Assembly: GCA_040878225.1 (NCBI GenBank)
Contig: JBBDMR010000157.1
Coordinates: 1-49,742 of the forward strand
Length of the DNA: 49,742 nucleotides
Direction: 5' to 3'
DNA from: Acidimicrobiia bacterium
GTDB taxonomy: Bacteria; Actinomycetota; Acidimicrobiia; Spongiisociales; ZC4RG35
The notes under the pieces are model-generated. The model saw only the letters and a program-made list of their open reading frames with translations. It ran no database searches and had not been told where the DNA came from. Positions 25,169 through 34,337 of this stretch are shown piece by piece. How positions within the stretch are numbered: the first letter of the stretch is position 1; every line of letters begins with the position of its first letter. Position numbers and translations under genes: made by a program.

Positions 25169-27892
25169 CTACTCGTAGAAGAGACGCTCGAAAACACGAC
25201 GGGCGCGTCTGGTGACCTGCTGAAAGCGTTCCCGCAGCTCGACGGTCCTGTCATAGCCGAGGGAAGAAGCCAGCATGGACAGCTGATCAGGATCTGTCGG
25301 CAGCGAGTCGGCAAGCCGCCCTCGCTGCAGGTGGAGCCTGAGCCGCACCCGGGTGCAAAACTCGTAGGAGTTGATCAGCGTGTTGTAGTCGCTCTGATGG
25401 ATCACACCCATCTCGAGCAGGGCGCCCAATGCCTTTGGCGTGACCGTTGTCTGGAGGTGGGGATTGGTGGCACCGTGCTTCAGCTGTAGTAGTTGAGTGA
25501 CGAACTCGATGTCGCTCAGCGAGCCCGGGCCCAGTTTTATGTGAAAGTCGGGATCCTCATCGGGGTCGATGCGCTCCGTTTCCACCCGCGCCTTGATCTT
25601 GCGGATCGACTGGATCACCTCCGGCTCGACCTTCTCACGCCAGAGAATCGGGTTGATCGTGTCGTAAAAAGCGCGAATCACATCGGGATGGCCCGCGGCA
25701 GCTCTGGCCCGGGTGAGCGCAAGGATCTCCCAGGGCTCCGCCCACTCCGTGTAATAGCGATGGAGGCTCTCCACCGAACGCGCGATCGGTCCACTCTTGC
25801 CTTCGGGCCGGAGACCGGCGTCGAGCTCGTAGCCCTCTCCGTGTTTGCCCGGATCGCTGAGGATCTGACGCAGCCTGCCGGGAATGGCCAGTGCATCGTC
25901 GCGGTCCATTCCCTCGTAGACGTACATCAGGTCGAGATCGGAACCGTAAGACAGCTCGCCGCCGCCCCATCTTCCGAGCGCAATAACCGCAAACTTCTGC
26001 TCAGGAGCTGCGACCTCGAGGGCCGCGATCATCGCCGCATCTGCAGTGACCGAGAGAGCTTCGATCGTTCCCGTTATCGGGTGGTCCCTCAGGATGTCCC
26101 GGGCCGCGATCCGGAGGCGGCGTCGGCGTGAAAACCTCCGGATCGTGCCGATCCGGTCGTCGAGGTCCGGCCGGGACGCCAGAAGCCCGAGGAGGCGCCC
26201 AGCGGCCTCATCGCGGTCCCTTACCCGGTCGAGTGCTTCGTCGCTTTCGAGTCTGGGGATCGCCTCCGGAATCCGGTCGATCAGGTCGCCGAGGAGGCGT
26301 CCGGTTCCCAGGAGCATTGCCAGGCGCTCACCGGTGGTCGGGCTGTTCAACAGACGGGCCACCAGCGAGGAGTGGTCGGGGGTGCGGGCCAGCAGCAGCC
26401 GGAGTTGGCTGAGGCCCAGATCCGGGTCGGGCGCAAGCGACAGCCAGTCGAGCATCAGCGGCATCATCTGCTGCATCGCACGCGATCGCCGGCTGAGGCC
26501 CTTGGTGAGCTCTTCGAGGGCCTTGCCCGACTCGCGAGAATTCCCGAACCCCAATGCGATCAGACGCTCACCCGCCCGGTCGGGGCCCAGCCGTGCACTC
26601 GGGGAGCCCACCAGCGACTCGAGCACCGGTCTGAAGTAGATCCTCTCGTGAAGGGTGCGGGCCTGGCTCCTGATCTCCCTGAGCCGCTCGGTCAGCTCGG
26701 CGGCGCCAAACATCCCGAGGTTGGATGCCAGCCGGGCCCTGTCTTCTTCACCTCCGGGGAAGCGGTGCGTCTGGCGGAGGTCCCAGAGTTGGATCTGGTG
26801 TTCCAGGCTGCGGAGAAACCGGTAACCCTCCTCGAGCTCCGAGCGCTCTTCGGGGGTGATGAACTCCCCGGTCTCCAGGGCGTCCAGTGCGCCGAGGGTG
26901 GACCGCACCCGCAACGTCGCATCGTGCCGGCCATGGACCAGCTGCAGCATCTGGACGGTGAACTCGATGTCCCTGATCCCTCCGGGCGCTCTTTTGATGT
27001 CTTCAGGATTTGCCCGTTCCTCCGTCATGGCCTTGATCCTCCGTAGACCCCGGAGGGCATCGACATCGAGTCCCTTCTCCCAGACGAACTGCGATGCGAG
27101 TGCAGCGAATTGCTCGCCAAGTGTCTCGCTACCGGCCGCAGGCCGCGCCTTGATCAGCGCCTGCAACTCCCAGGGCTCGGCCCATTTCTCGTAGTACCGC
27201 TCATAAGCCTCCATACGTCGGGTCAATGGTCCCATCGTCCCCTCTGGTCGGAGGTCGGCGTCGATGATCAGGCCAGGCCCGTCGAAAGTCGAGTCGGAGA
27301 GCGTCGCCATGAGCCGGCTGGCCAGGGCCAGAGCGGCCTTCCGTCCCGCTTCGGGGTCGGGCGGATACTCACCGTGGACGAACAACAGATCTATGTCCGA
27401 ATAATAGTTGAGCTCCTGGGCCCCCCACTTGCCCATTGCGATCACCGCAAACTCGATTTCCGCCGCCGAAGGATGTTGGGCCGCGACCCTGTCCCTGGCA
27501 GAGCCGAGCGCCTGTTCGATGAGCCCATCGATGAAAGTCGAGTAGCGCAGCATTGCACCGGTGAGGTCGACGGTGCCGAGAATCTCGTCCCCCGCGATCT
27601 GAAACAGGGCCTGGCGCTGCTGCAGGGCGAGTGAGTGGTCCCCGGCGGACGCGGGGTCGATCAGCGAGGGGTGGTTGGCAAGCGCCGCGGGGAGGGCCCG
27701 GCTCACCGAGGCCACCGCACACAACCTGGCCATGGTCTCGTCGTCGAGAGCGGACAGTTCCACGGCGGCGATGACCGGCCCGAGTCGGCCCAGCGCTTCC
27801 CTCCGGGGGCCGAGCACGGCAGCGGCCCGGGCGAGGGCCGCCTCACGACCGTCTGAATCCCCGCTTGAGTTCGGCTCCTCGAAGTCGTTCAC
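25169..27892 (-). CDS. glnE: Bifunctional glutamine synthetase adenylyltransferase / adenylyl-removing enzyme
   Basis: 907 aa with a GTG start. Two nucleotidyltransferase repeats are present (AVIAMGKWGAQELNYYSDIDLLFV and AVIALGRWGGGELSYGSDLDLMYV). Confidence 0.92.
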   Translation of the reverse strand: MNDFEEPNSSGDSDGREAALARAAAVLGPRREALGRLGPVIAAVELSALDDETMARLCAVASVSRALPAALANHPSLIDPASAGDHSLALQQRQALFQIAGDEILGTVDLTGAMLRYSTFIDGLIEQALGSARDRVAAQHPSAAEIEFAVIAMGKWGAQELNYYSDIDLLFVHGEYPPDPEAGRKAALALASRLMATLSDSTFDGPGLIIDADLRPEGTMGPLTRRMEAYERYYEKWAEPWELQALIKARPAAGSETLGEQFAALASQFVWEKGLDVDALRGLRRIKAMTEERANPEDIKRAPGGIRDIEFTVQMLQLVHGRHDATLRVRSTLGALDALETGEFITPEERSELEEGYRFLRSLEHQIQLWDLRQTHRFPGGEEDRARLASNLGMFGAAELTERLREIRSQARTLHERIYFRPVLESLVGSPSARLGPDRAGERLIALGFGNSRESGKALEELTKGLSRRSRAMQQMMPLMLDWLSLAPDPDLGLSQLRLLLARTPDHSSLVARLLNSPTTGERLAMLLGTGRLLGDLIDRIPEAIPRLESDEALDRVRDRDEAAGRLLGLLASRPDLDDRIGTIRRFSRRRRLRIAARDILRDHPITGTIEALSVTADAAMIAALEVAAPEQKFAVIALGRWGGGELSYGSDLDLMYVYEGMDRDDALAIPGRLRQILSDPGKHGEGYELDAGLRPEGKSGPIARSVESLHRYYTEWAEPWEILALTRARAAAGHPDVIRAFYDTINPILWREKVEPEVIQSIRKIKARVETERIDPDEDPDFHIKLGPGSLSDIEFVTQLLQLKHGATNPHLQTTVTPKALGALLEMGVIHQSDYNTLINSYEFCTRVRLRLHLQRGRLADSLPTDPDQLSMLASSLGYDRTVELRERFQQVTRRARRVFERLFYE

Positions 27893-27914
27893 ACCAACAG
27901 GCTAAGAGGTTGAA

Positions 27915-27920
27915 TAACGT
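27915..27920 (+). promoter_or_regulatory. TAACGT -10-like box, 6 nt upstream of the nadE ATG (candidate leaderless promoter)
   Basis: Only 34 bp separate the divergent glnE and nadE starts. There is no SD sequence before ATG 27927. Confidence 0.25.
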
Positions 27921-27926
27921 GCGGCC

Positions 27927-29591
27927 ATGCCGTTTCGTATCGCAGGCGCCCAACTCAACCTCGTCGTCGGCGATATCGCCGGGAACGAACGCCGCATAAT
28001 CGAAGCGGTCGAGCGCGCAACGGATGCCGGCGCATCGGTGCTGCTGTTGCCCGAATTGGCAATCAACGGGTACCCGCCAGAGGATCTGGTCCATCGGTCC
28101 GACTTCGTCGATGCCGGGATCTCTGCGCTGAATCGGATCGCCCGTGTCACCACGACCACCGATGTGGTGGTCGGATTCGTCGACCATGCCCCGGGCCCGT
28201 CTGCAGGTGCGGCCGACTCGGTTGAGCGGCGGGTGGCCAACGGCGCAGCCCTGCTCGGCGACGGTGAGATCAAAGGGATCTATCACAAGGTTCACCTTCC
28301 CAATTACGGAGTGTTCGACGAGGACCGTTACTTCTCGGTGGGCGCTCACCCCGACCGCGTCTGGGAGATTGCAGGTATTCCGGTGGGCATATCGATCTGT
28401 GAGGACATCTGGCTTGCCGACGGGCCTCCCCGGATGCAGGCGGCAGCAGGAGCCAGAGTGCTCCTCAACATCAATGCTTCCCCTTTTCACGCAGGCAAGG
28501 CAAGAGAGCGCGAAGACATGCTCGCCTCCAGGGCGCGCGCCGGAGGGACCCCGGTCGCTTATTTGAACCTGGTCGGTGGCCAGGACGAGCTTGTCTTTGA
28601 CGGGGCTTCGGTGCTATTCGACGAGCGAGGCGCATTGGTGCACAGGTCCCCGCAGTTCGAGGAGGACTTCTTCGTCGTCGAATGCCCGCTTCCCGGGGAG
28701 ACCGTTTCGGATTATCCCGAGCCTGCGGCCCTGCTCGAACCGGTCGAGGAGGTGTACCGGGCCCTGACTGTCGGGTTGGCCGACTACGTGTCCAAGAACG
28801 GGTTCTCCCGGGTCCTCATCGGGCTTTCCGGTGGAATCGACTCGGCGCTCACGGCAGCCCTGGCGGCGGATGCAATTGGCGCAGAGAACGTATGGGGGAT
28901 TTCGATGCCATCTCGCTTCTCCAGCCAGCATTCGATCGACGATGCCCGTCAGCTGGCCCTCAACCTTGGGATCGAATTCGACCTGATCTCGATCGACGAC
29001 GTCTTCGGGGCATACCTGGAGACGCTCGAGGGCCCTTTTGCCGGGACCGAGTTTGGAGTCGCCGAGGAGAACATCCAGGCGCGGGTGCGCGGAGCACTGC
29101 TGATGGCCTTGTCGAACAAGTTCGGGCCAATGGTCCTCGCCACCGGGAACAAATCTGAGATGGCCGCCGGCTACGCAACCCTGTACGGCGATATGGTTGG
29201 CGGGTATGCGGTGCTCAAAGACGTGTTCAAGACCCTTGTCTACGAACTGGCGACCTGGCGTAACAGAGACGGGGATCTGATTCCCGAAAACAGCATCTCC
29301 AAGCCGCCCTCTGCCGAGCTCCGGCCCGACCAGAAGGACTCCGACTCGTTGCCTCCCTATGACCTGTTCGACGCGATCCTGGAGCGATACATCGAACGGG
29401 ACATGGGCGTCACCGACATCATCGCTGAGGGTTACGACCCGCCGACGGTGATGCGTGTGGCGGCAATGGTCGACCGCAACGAATACAAGCGGCGGCAGGC
29501 AGCCCCCGGGGTCAAGATCACAGTCAAGGCGTTCGGCAAGGATCGCCGATTGCCTATAACCAACCATTACCGCCCGGTGCCGGATGAGTAG
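27927..29591 (+). CDS. nadE: Glutamine-dependent NAD+ synthetase
   Basis: 554 aa. An N-terminal CN-hydrolase domain (LLLPELAINGYPPEDL, ICEDIW) is followed by a C-terminal NAD synthetase domain (GLSGGIDSAL). Confidence 0.93.
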   Translation: MPFRIAGAQLNLVVGDIAGNERRIIEAVERATDAGASVLLLPELAINGYPPEDLVHRSDFVDAGISALNRIARVTTTTDVVVGFVDHAPGPSAGAADSVERRVANGAALLGDGEIKGIYHKVHLPNYGVFDEDRYFSVGAHPDRVWEIAGIPVGISICEDIWLADGPPRMQAAAGARVLLNINASPFHAGKAREREDMLASRARAGGTPVAYLNLVGGQDELVFDGASVLFDERGALVHRSPQFEEDFFVVECPLPGETVSDYPEPAALLEPVEEVYRALTVGLADYVSKNGFSRVLIGLSGGIDSALTAALAADAIGAENVWGISMPSRFSSQHSIDDARQLALNLGIEFDLISIDDVFGAYLETLEGPFAGTEFGVAEENIQARVRGALLMALSNKFGPMVLATGNKSEMAAGYATLYGDMVGGYAVLKDVFKTLVYELATWRNRDGDLIPENSISKPPSAELRPDQKDSDSLPPYDLFDAILERYIERDMGVTDIIAEGYDPPTVMRVAAMVDRNEYKRRQAAPGVKITVKAFGKDRRLPITNHYRPVPDE

Positions 29592-30399
29592 GAAGGTCTG
29601 GGTCAACGGAGCCCTCTCGGACGGGCGTATCGATGTCACCGACTCCTCGGTCCTCCGCGGCGACGGTTGTTTCGAAGTGATGCGGGCATACGAAGGCAGG
29701 GTGTTTGCCGCGGCCGACCACCTGGATCGTCTCGAGAAGAGTGCGCGGAAGTTAGAGATCGCTCTGCCCGCACGGGAGGACCTCCTCAGTTGGATCGAAG
29801 CAGCGGCCGGGGACGAGCCCAACGGTGCGGTCCGGGTGGTGGTGACGAGAGGGTCTGCGATACCCGGCGAGGAACAGGATCCCGTCGTTGTGGTCTTCGC
29901 CCATCAATGGAGCCGGGGACCCGAAGCTGTCGCCCTCGGGCCGGTGCGGGCTCCGTGGCACAGCGCCGGTGAGGACTGGGAGTTGAGCGGGGCCAAGGTG
30001 CTCAGCTACGCGCCCAACCTGTCCGCGACCCGTGCCGCCAGGGCGGACGGATTCGACGACGCCCTTCTGGTTTCAACCGGGGGCGTGGTTCTCGAAGGCC
30101 CCACCTTCTCTGTGGCGTGGGTGTGCGACGGTGTGATCGAGACACCGGCGCTGAGCCTGGGAATCCTCGATTCGATAACACGCCGCCACGTCCTGGACCT
30201 GGCGACGAGGGAGGGGATGGTGACCGCGGAGGGATCCTGGAACCTGAGCCGCCTGGAGTCCGCCGGTGAGGTGATGGCGTTGAGCACGATCAGACAGGTG
30301 CAGCCGGTGAGCAAGGTAGGCAACCTGGACTTCGAGCCGGGACCGTTTACCCGGCGTCTATCCGGATCGTATGCTCAGCTGGTGGGCTCTTTGCCCTGA
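29584..30399 (+). CDS. Class IV aminotransferase (branched-chain aminotransferase / aminodeoxychorismate lyase family)
   Basis: 271 aa. DRGLLRGDG-type motif (SSVLRGDGCFEVMRAYEGRVF), GAKVLSY and GILDSITRR. It overlaps the nadE end by 8 bp. Confidence 0.85.
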   Translation: MSRKVWVNGALSDGRIDVTDSSVLRGDGCFEVMRAYEGRVFAAADHLDRLEKSARKLEIALPAREDLLSWIEAAAGDEPNGAVRVVVTRGSAIPGEEQDPVVVVFAHQWSRGPEAVALGPVRAPWHSAGEDWELSGAKVLSYAPNLSATRAARADGFDDALLVSTGGVVLEGPTFSVAWVCDGVIETPALSLGILDSITRRHVLDLATREGMVTAEGSWNLSRLESAGEVMALSTIRQVQPVSKVGNLDFEPGPFTRRLSGSYAQLVGSLP

Positions 30400-31757
30400 G
30401 CGCAATTGGTGCCGTTGCCGAGTATCCACCAGGACAGCATGCTGGCGGTCTCGGCCCGGGTCAGAAGTCGATCCGCATCGATGGAGTCGTCGCATATCCC
30501 GATGATGCCGAGCACACGTAGCCCGTTTTCGGCTTGCCTTGCGTTCACGAGGTCGAGGCCCGGGTCGACATCGGGCGAAGCGGCGATCTGGCGCTGGGTG
30601 AGATTCACCCAGAGCGCAAGACGGGCCAGGTCTCCAGCCGAGATACCTGACTGGAGACAGGAGTCGAGACTCCCGCAGCCAAGGACGTCTTCGATGCGTT
30701 CGGCAGGGATGATCTCCTGGAACCTGAGGGGCCGTTCGGTTGCAGGCACCATCGGGGCGTCGAGCCCGGTCAACTGGTGGATCAGCTCGACCGCCTCCTC
30801 CGGTTGAGCGAGAGAGTTGGGACAGAACATCAGGCCACGGTCATCACAGCCCCAGAAGACCCCCTCGGTCACCAGGCGGGTGAGTTCGAACCCAAGAACA
30901 GACTGGTCAACGTCGAGGTAGGGGCCGGCGGCGTAGGGGAGGTCTCCGGCGGCCGCTCGGGCGGCCTGCAGGCTGCTGTATGGGTCGACCGAGTATCCCT
31001 CGGGGTGGCGCAACTCGAAGTGGAGGTGCGGGACCGAGCCCTCGGCATTGCCGGAGTCGCCGTTCCATCCGATCACCTCACCGGCTACGACCGTGTCGCC
31101 AGCTGCCAAACCCGGTCTCACCCCGTGCCCCAGGCCGTCGTCGGTTCGCCAGGTGTCGTTGTTCAGGTGCACATAGATGCTCTGCCAGCCGTCAGTGTGA
31201 GTGATGAGAATCCAACAGCAGTTGTCGGGAGGCGTCGAGTGGACCGCGGTCACCGTTCCGTCGGCCACCGCGACCACCGGGGCCATTTTCGAGACGACGA
31301 GGTCGTTGCCCTCATGCCGCCGGGCACCGCCATCACGGTCCGCCCCGAATCCGGAGAACACCCGGCTCTCCACCGCCAGCGGCCATTGCATCTCGTAGAC
31401 CCAGCTCGTGCATGGTTCGCTCGGGACCGGTGTCGGGACCGGTGCCGGTGGCGGAGACTCTGTGGTTGGTGTAGTTGGAGTCGTGGTGGTCGATGTGTCC
31501 GTGCTGGAGGTCGACGAATCGGCCTGTGTGGTCGACGTGGTCTCGCCTCCGTCGGGAGTCGTGGTGGAGGTGGCTTCAGGGGTGGTGGTGGTGGTGGTGG
31601 TGGGGATCGGTTGGCCGTGAGCGTCGAGATGTGGGAATAGCTGGTCGAGGGTCACCGGCCCGCATTCACCCTCAGCCGCTTCTCCCGGCGCGGCGAGCCA
31701 GAAGAGGCCGCCCATAAGGGCCGCCACCGCAATGACTCCACCAATCTTCCCAGCCAT
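30375..31757 (-). CDS. M23 (LytM-type) metallopeptidase with N-terminal anchor, Thr/Pro-rich linker and a repeated C-terminal domain
   Basis: 460 aa. HEGNDL...VPHLHFELRHP are M23 zinc motifs. An N-terminal TM helix is followed by a T/S/P low-complexity stretch. The C-terminal segments look SLH-like (tentative). Confidence 0.85.
   Translation of the reverse strand: MAGKIGGVIAVAALMGGLFWLAAPGEAAEGECGPVTLDQLFPHLDAHGQPIPTTTTTTTPEATSTTTPDGGETTSTTQADSSTSSTDTSTTTTPTTPTTESPPPAPVPTPVPSEPCTSWVYEMQWPLAVESRVFSGFGADRDGGARRHEGNDLVVSKMAPVVAVADGTVTAVHSTPPDNCCWILITHTDGWQSIYVHLNNDTWRTDDGLGHGVRPGLAAGDTVVAGEVIGWNGDSGNAEGSVPHLHFELRHPEGYSVDPYSSLQAARAAAGDLPYAAGPYLDVDQSVLGFELTRLVTEGVFWGCDDRGLMFCPNSLAQPEEAVELIHQLTGLDAPMVPATERPLRFQEIIPAERIEDVLGCGSLDSCLQSGISAGDLARLALWVNLTQRQIAASPDVDPGLDLVNARQAENGLRVLGIIGICDDSIDADRLLTRAETASMLSWWILGNGTNCAQGKEPTS
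31581..31603. repeat. (GGT)7 trinucleotide run, read as (ACC)7 poly-Thr codons in the M23 peptidase linker
   Basis: An uninterrupted GGTGGTGGTGGTGGTGGTGGTGG run is read directly from the sequence. Confidence 0.9.
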
Positions 31758-31825
31758 GGACCCCAGACACTACACAATTGGACGGCCCGAGGAACTATGA
31801 CAGGGATGTAGTACGTTGGAGGGGT

Positions 31826-32347
31826 ATGGAACGATTCAAAACACTCAAAGTTTTTTCACTTGCAATCGCTGTCTCTCTGGTCATGACCGCCTGTGACAAT
31901 GGCGAGGTCGAGCCGGAATTGACCACTACCTCGTCACTTGTCGGTCAGACGACTGCTCCCGACCCGGATACCACCACCACGGTCGATGGCGATGAGATGA
32001 CCACGACAAGCCTGGTGGGCCAGACCGTCGACAGCTATGAGGTGGTGCTGCGTGAGAGCACCGACGAAGGAGAGACTCTCTACATCGTTGTGCCTCCCGG
32101 CGATTACACAGCCATCGATCTCGAGAACTTCATAGGTGACCTGATCGAGGGCGATGACGACCTGGAAAGTGTCGAGGTCTTTGACGATGAGGCAGCGCTG
32201 GACTCCTTCCGCAAGGATGAGTCGGAGCAAACCGCAAGTGACCTGTCAGCCATCGATGCCCATCATTTGGTCAGCCTTGTCGATTCACACACGATCCGCT
32301 TCCAGGGACCCTTTGCCGACGAAGGCGAATACGCGATCGGTTCCTAG
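31826..32347 (+). CDS. Acidic secreted lipoprotein
   Basis: ATG 31826 lies behind GGAGGGG. It has a signal peptide with lipobox VMTAC, two LVGQT-containing Thr-rich repeats, and an acidic body. Confidence 0.65.
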   Translation: MERFKTLKVFSLAIAVSLVMTACDNGEVEPELTTTSSLVGQTTAPDPDTTTTVDGDEMTTTSLVGQTVDSYEVVLRESTDEGETLYIVVPPGDYTAIDLENFIGDLIEGDDDLESVEVFDDEAALDSFRKDESEQTASDLSAIDAHHLVSLVDSHTIRFQGPFADEGEYAIGS

Positions 32348-33747
32348 AGGAAAGCGTCCGCGATCAGCAGGAAGCCGCCGAAGCCCACGGCGTCGGTTAG
32401 CAGCGTTAGGAAGATCGCCGATGCCAGGGCCGGGTCCTGGCCCCACTTTCTCAGAGTGACCGGGATGGCGGCGCCGGCCAGCGTCCCCACGGTCAGGTTG
32501 ACGATGGCAGCAAGCCCGACCGTCAGGGCGACCGCCAATCCGTTGGTCCTCGTCTCGAAGATCCCGGACAGAAGCAGCAGGTAGGTGAGGCTTCCCCCGA
32601 TCAGGGCAAGGACCACGCCATTGAGGACACCGACCCCGGTCTGACGGGCGAGTATCCCCGGAACCTGTGACCCGGGGACGTCGTCGGACGCCATCGACCT
32701 GATCATCACGGCAAGGCTCTGGTTTCCCCCATTGCCGCCGATCAGTGCGATGACAGGCATCAGCGCAGCAAGCACCGGTTCCCGGCTGATCACCCCCGTC
32801 TGTTGCTCGATTATCAGCGCGACGAAAAGCGCAAGCACCAGGTTCAGGAGTAGCCACGGCGCCCGCACCACAAAGGAGGCGCCGACATCGGAGTACACAG
32901 TCTCCTCGATACCTGCTCCGACGGCCGCCGCGAAGTCCTCGCTCGCCTCGTCCTGGATGGCCTCGATGACAGCGTCGTTGGGCACCATTCCGAGCAATGT
33001 GCCGTCGGCGTCGACTACGGGAACACCAAGAAGGTGGTATCGCTGACAGATCGCTGCGATTTCCTCCCGGTCGGTGTCGGGGCCGACCGTGATCGGACCG
33101 GGGATCATCACGTCGGCAAGCGTCGCGCCCGGTCTCCTGAACACGAGGTGGCGGAAGGAGACGACACCATGGAGCCGCTTGTCTTCGTCGACCACGTAGA
33201 TGTAGGCGAGGTCCTCGTATTGCTCGTTGAGCTGGCGGATCCGCTCGATGGCTTCTCCCGTTGTCAGGCCCAGCGGCAGGAAGGCAATTTCGGTCGACAT
33301 GAGGCCGCCGGCCGTGTCAGCCGGATACTGCATCAGCCGGCGGTAAGCAGCCTCGGTCCTGTCGTCGATTCGATCGAGGACGTCTTCGACCAACTCGTCA
33401 TCGAGCTCGGCCAGCAAGTCGGCCGCTTCGTGGTCGGTCATGCTGGCCAGCGCTGCGGTCAATTCGGCCAGGGGAACGTGCTCGGCGATCTCAGCGGCGA
33501 GTTCGGGAGCGATTTCCTCGAGAACCTGAGCGGCGTCACCCGGCTCGAGATCAGAGATCAGGTCGGCGGCGTCGACATCGCGGAGTTGCTCGATCACATC
33601 CGCGGCGTCGCTCGGCGAGGCATCGACCAGCGCTTCCCATTCCTCTGGCCTCAGTTCGAGATAGTCGGCGACCTCGTCGCGGTCCCGGCGCGCTGCAGTC
33701 ACCAGGGCATGGGCCAGCTCGCGCGGTTTTCGCAGACGGAATCTCAA
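32344..33747 (-). CDS. mgtE: Magnesium transporter MgtE
   Basis: 467 aa. An N-terminal acidic helical domain, a CBS pair (LHGVVSFRHLV, LLGMVPNDAVIEAI) and five C-terminal TM helices. Confidence 0.92.
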   Translation of the reverse strand: MRFRLRKPRELAHALVTAARRDRDEVADYLELRPEEWEALVDASPSDAADVIEQLRDVDAADLISDLEPGDAAQVLEEIAPELAAEIAEHVPLAELTAALASMTDHEAADLLAELDDELVEDVLDRIDDRTEAAYRRLMQYPADTAGGLMSTEIAFLPLGLTTGEAIERIRQLNEQYEDLAYIYVVDEDKRLHGVVSFRHLVFRRPGATLADVMIPGPITVGPDTDREEIAAICQRYHLLGVPVVDADGTLLGMVPNDAVIEAIQDEASEDFAAAVGAGIEETVYSDVGASFVVRAPWLLLNLVLALFVALIIEQQTGVISREPVLAALMPVIALIGGNGGNQSLAVMIRSMASDDVPGSQVPGILARQTGVGVLNGVVLALIGGSLTYLLLLSGIFETRTNGLAVALTVGLAAIVNLTVGTLAGAAIPVTLRKWGQDPALASAIFLTLLTDAVGFGGFLLIADAFL

Positions 33748-33790
33748 TTGACAGCCTTCCGTTCCCGGGTCGCCGCCAGGCTAATTAGAT

Positions 33791-34267
33791 TCAGGCCTCG
33801 TATGGACGCACCGTTTTGATGGTCACTGTCATCGTCCCGGCCGGGGCCTCGTAGGCGACCTCGTCTCCCTCTCCCGCGCCGAGGAGAGCCGCACCAAGCG
33901 GACTGGTCGGAGACGCAAGAAGCATCCCTGCAACCTTGTTCTCCTGGGGTGCGACGAAGTACTGCATTTCGTCGCCGTCTCCGTCGACGACGGTGACCAC
34001 CGACCCAATCTCGACCCGCCCGCTATCGACCACATCGCGGACCTCTGCGGTGCGTAGAAGGTGTTCGAGCTTGCGGATCCGCGCTTCCATTAGGCCCTGC
34101 TCGTTCTTGGCCGCGTCGTAGTCGGCGTTCTCTCTGAGATCTCCGTGAGATCGGGCCTCGGCGATGCGGTCCTCGATCTCCTCGCGACCTTTGGTCTTCA
34201 AATGCTCCAACTCCTGCTCCATCTTCTTGTGTGCGGCAGGGGTCAGGAAGGTTGGTTCTTCTGACAT
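33791..34267 (-). CDS. greA: Transcription elongation factor GreA
   Basis: ATG 34267 lies within ORF 33791..34357. MSEEPTFLTPAAHKKMEQELEHLK...HGDLRENADYDAAKNEQG matches GreA. Confidence 0.92.
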   Translation of the reverse strand: MSEEPTFLTPAAHKKMEQELEHLKTKGREEIEDRIAEARSHGDLRENADYDAAKNEQGLMEARIRKLEHLLRTAEVRDVVDSGRVEIGSVVTVVDGDGDEMQYFVAPQENKVAGMLLASPTSPLGAALLGAGEGDEVAYEAPAGTMTVTIKTVRPYEA

Positions 34268-34337
34268 GGGACTAGTGAGGGTAACGATTGGCAGGGAATA
34301 TTCGGGGAGCGCCAGGCGGGGGCTAACTTTGGCCACC

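Noticed and set aside
33748-33790. A possible M-box riboswitch ahead of mgtE, and a possible Mn/Fe riboswitch ahead of the VIT1 gene (19240-19309).
   Set aside because: The spacers are only 43 bp and 70 bp, too short for these riboswitch classes. mgtE directly follows greA. The imperfect hairpin at about 19272-19300 remains unexplained but is small.
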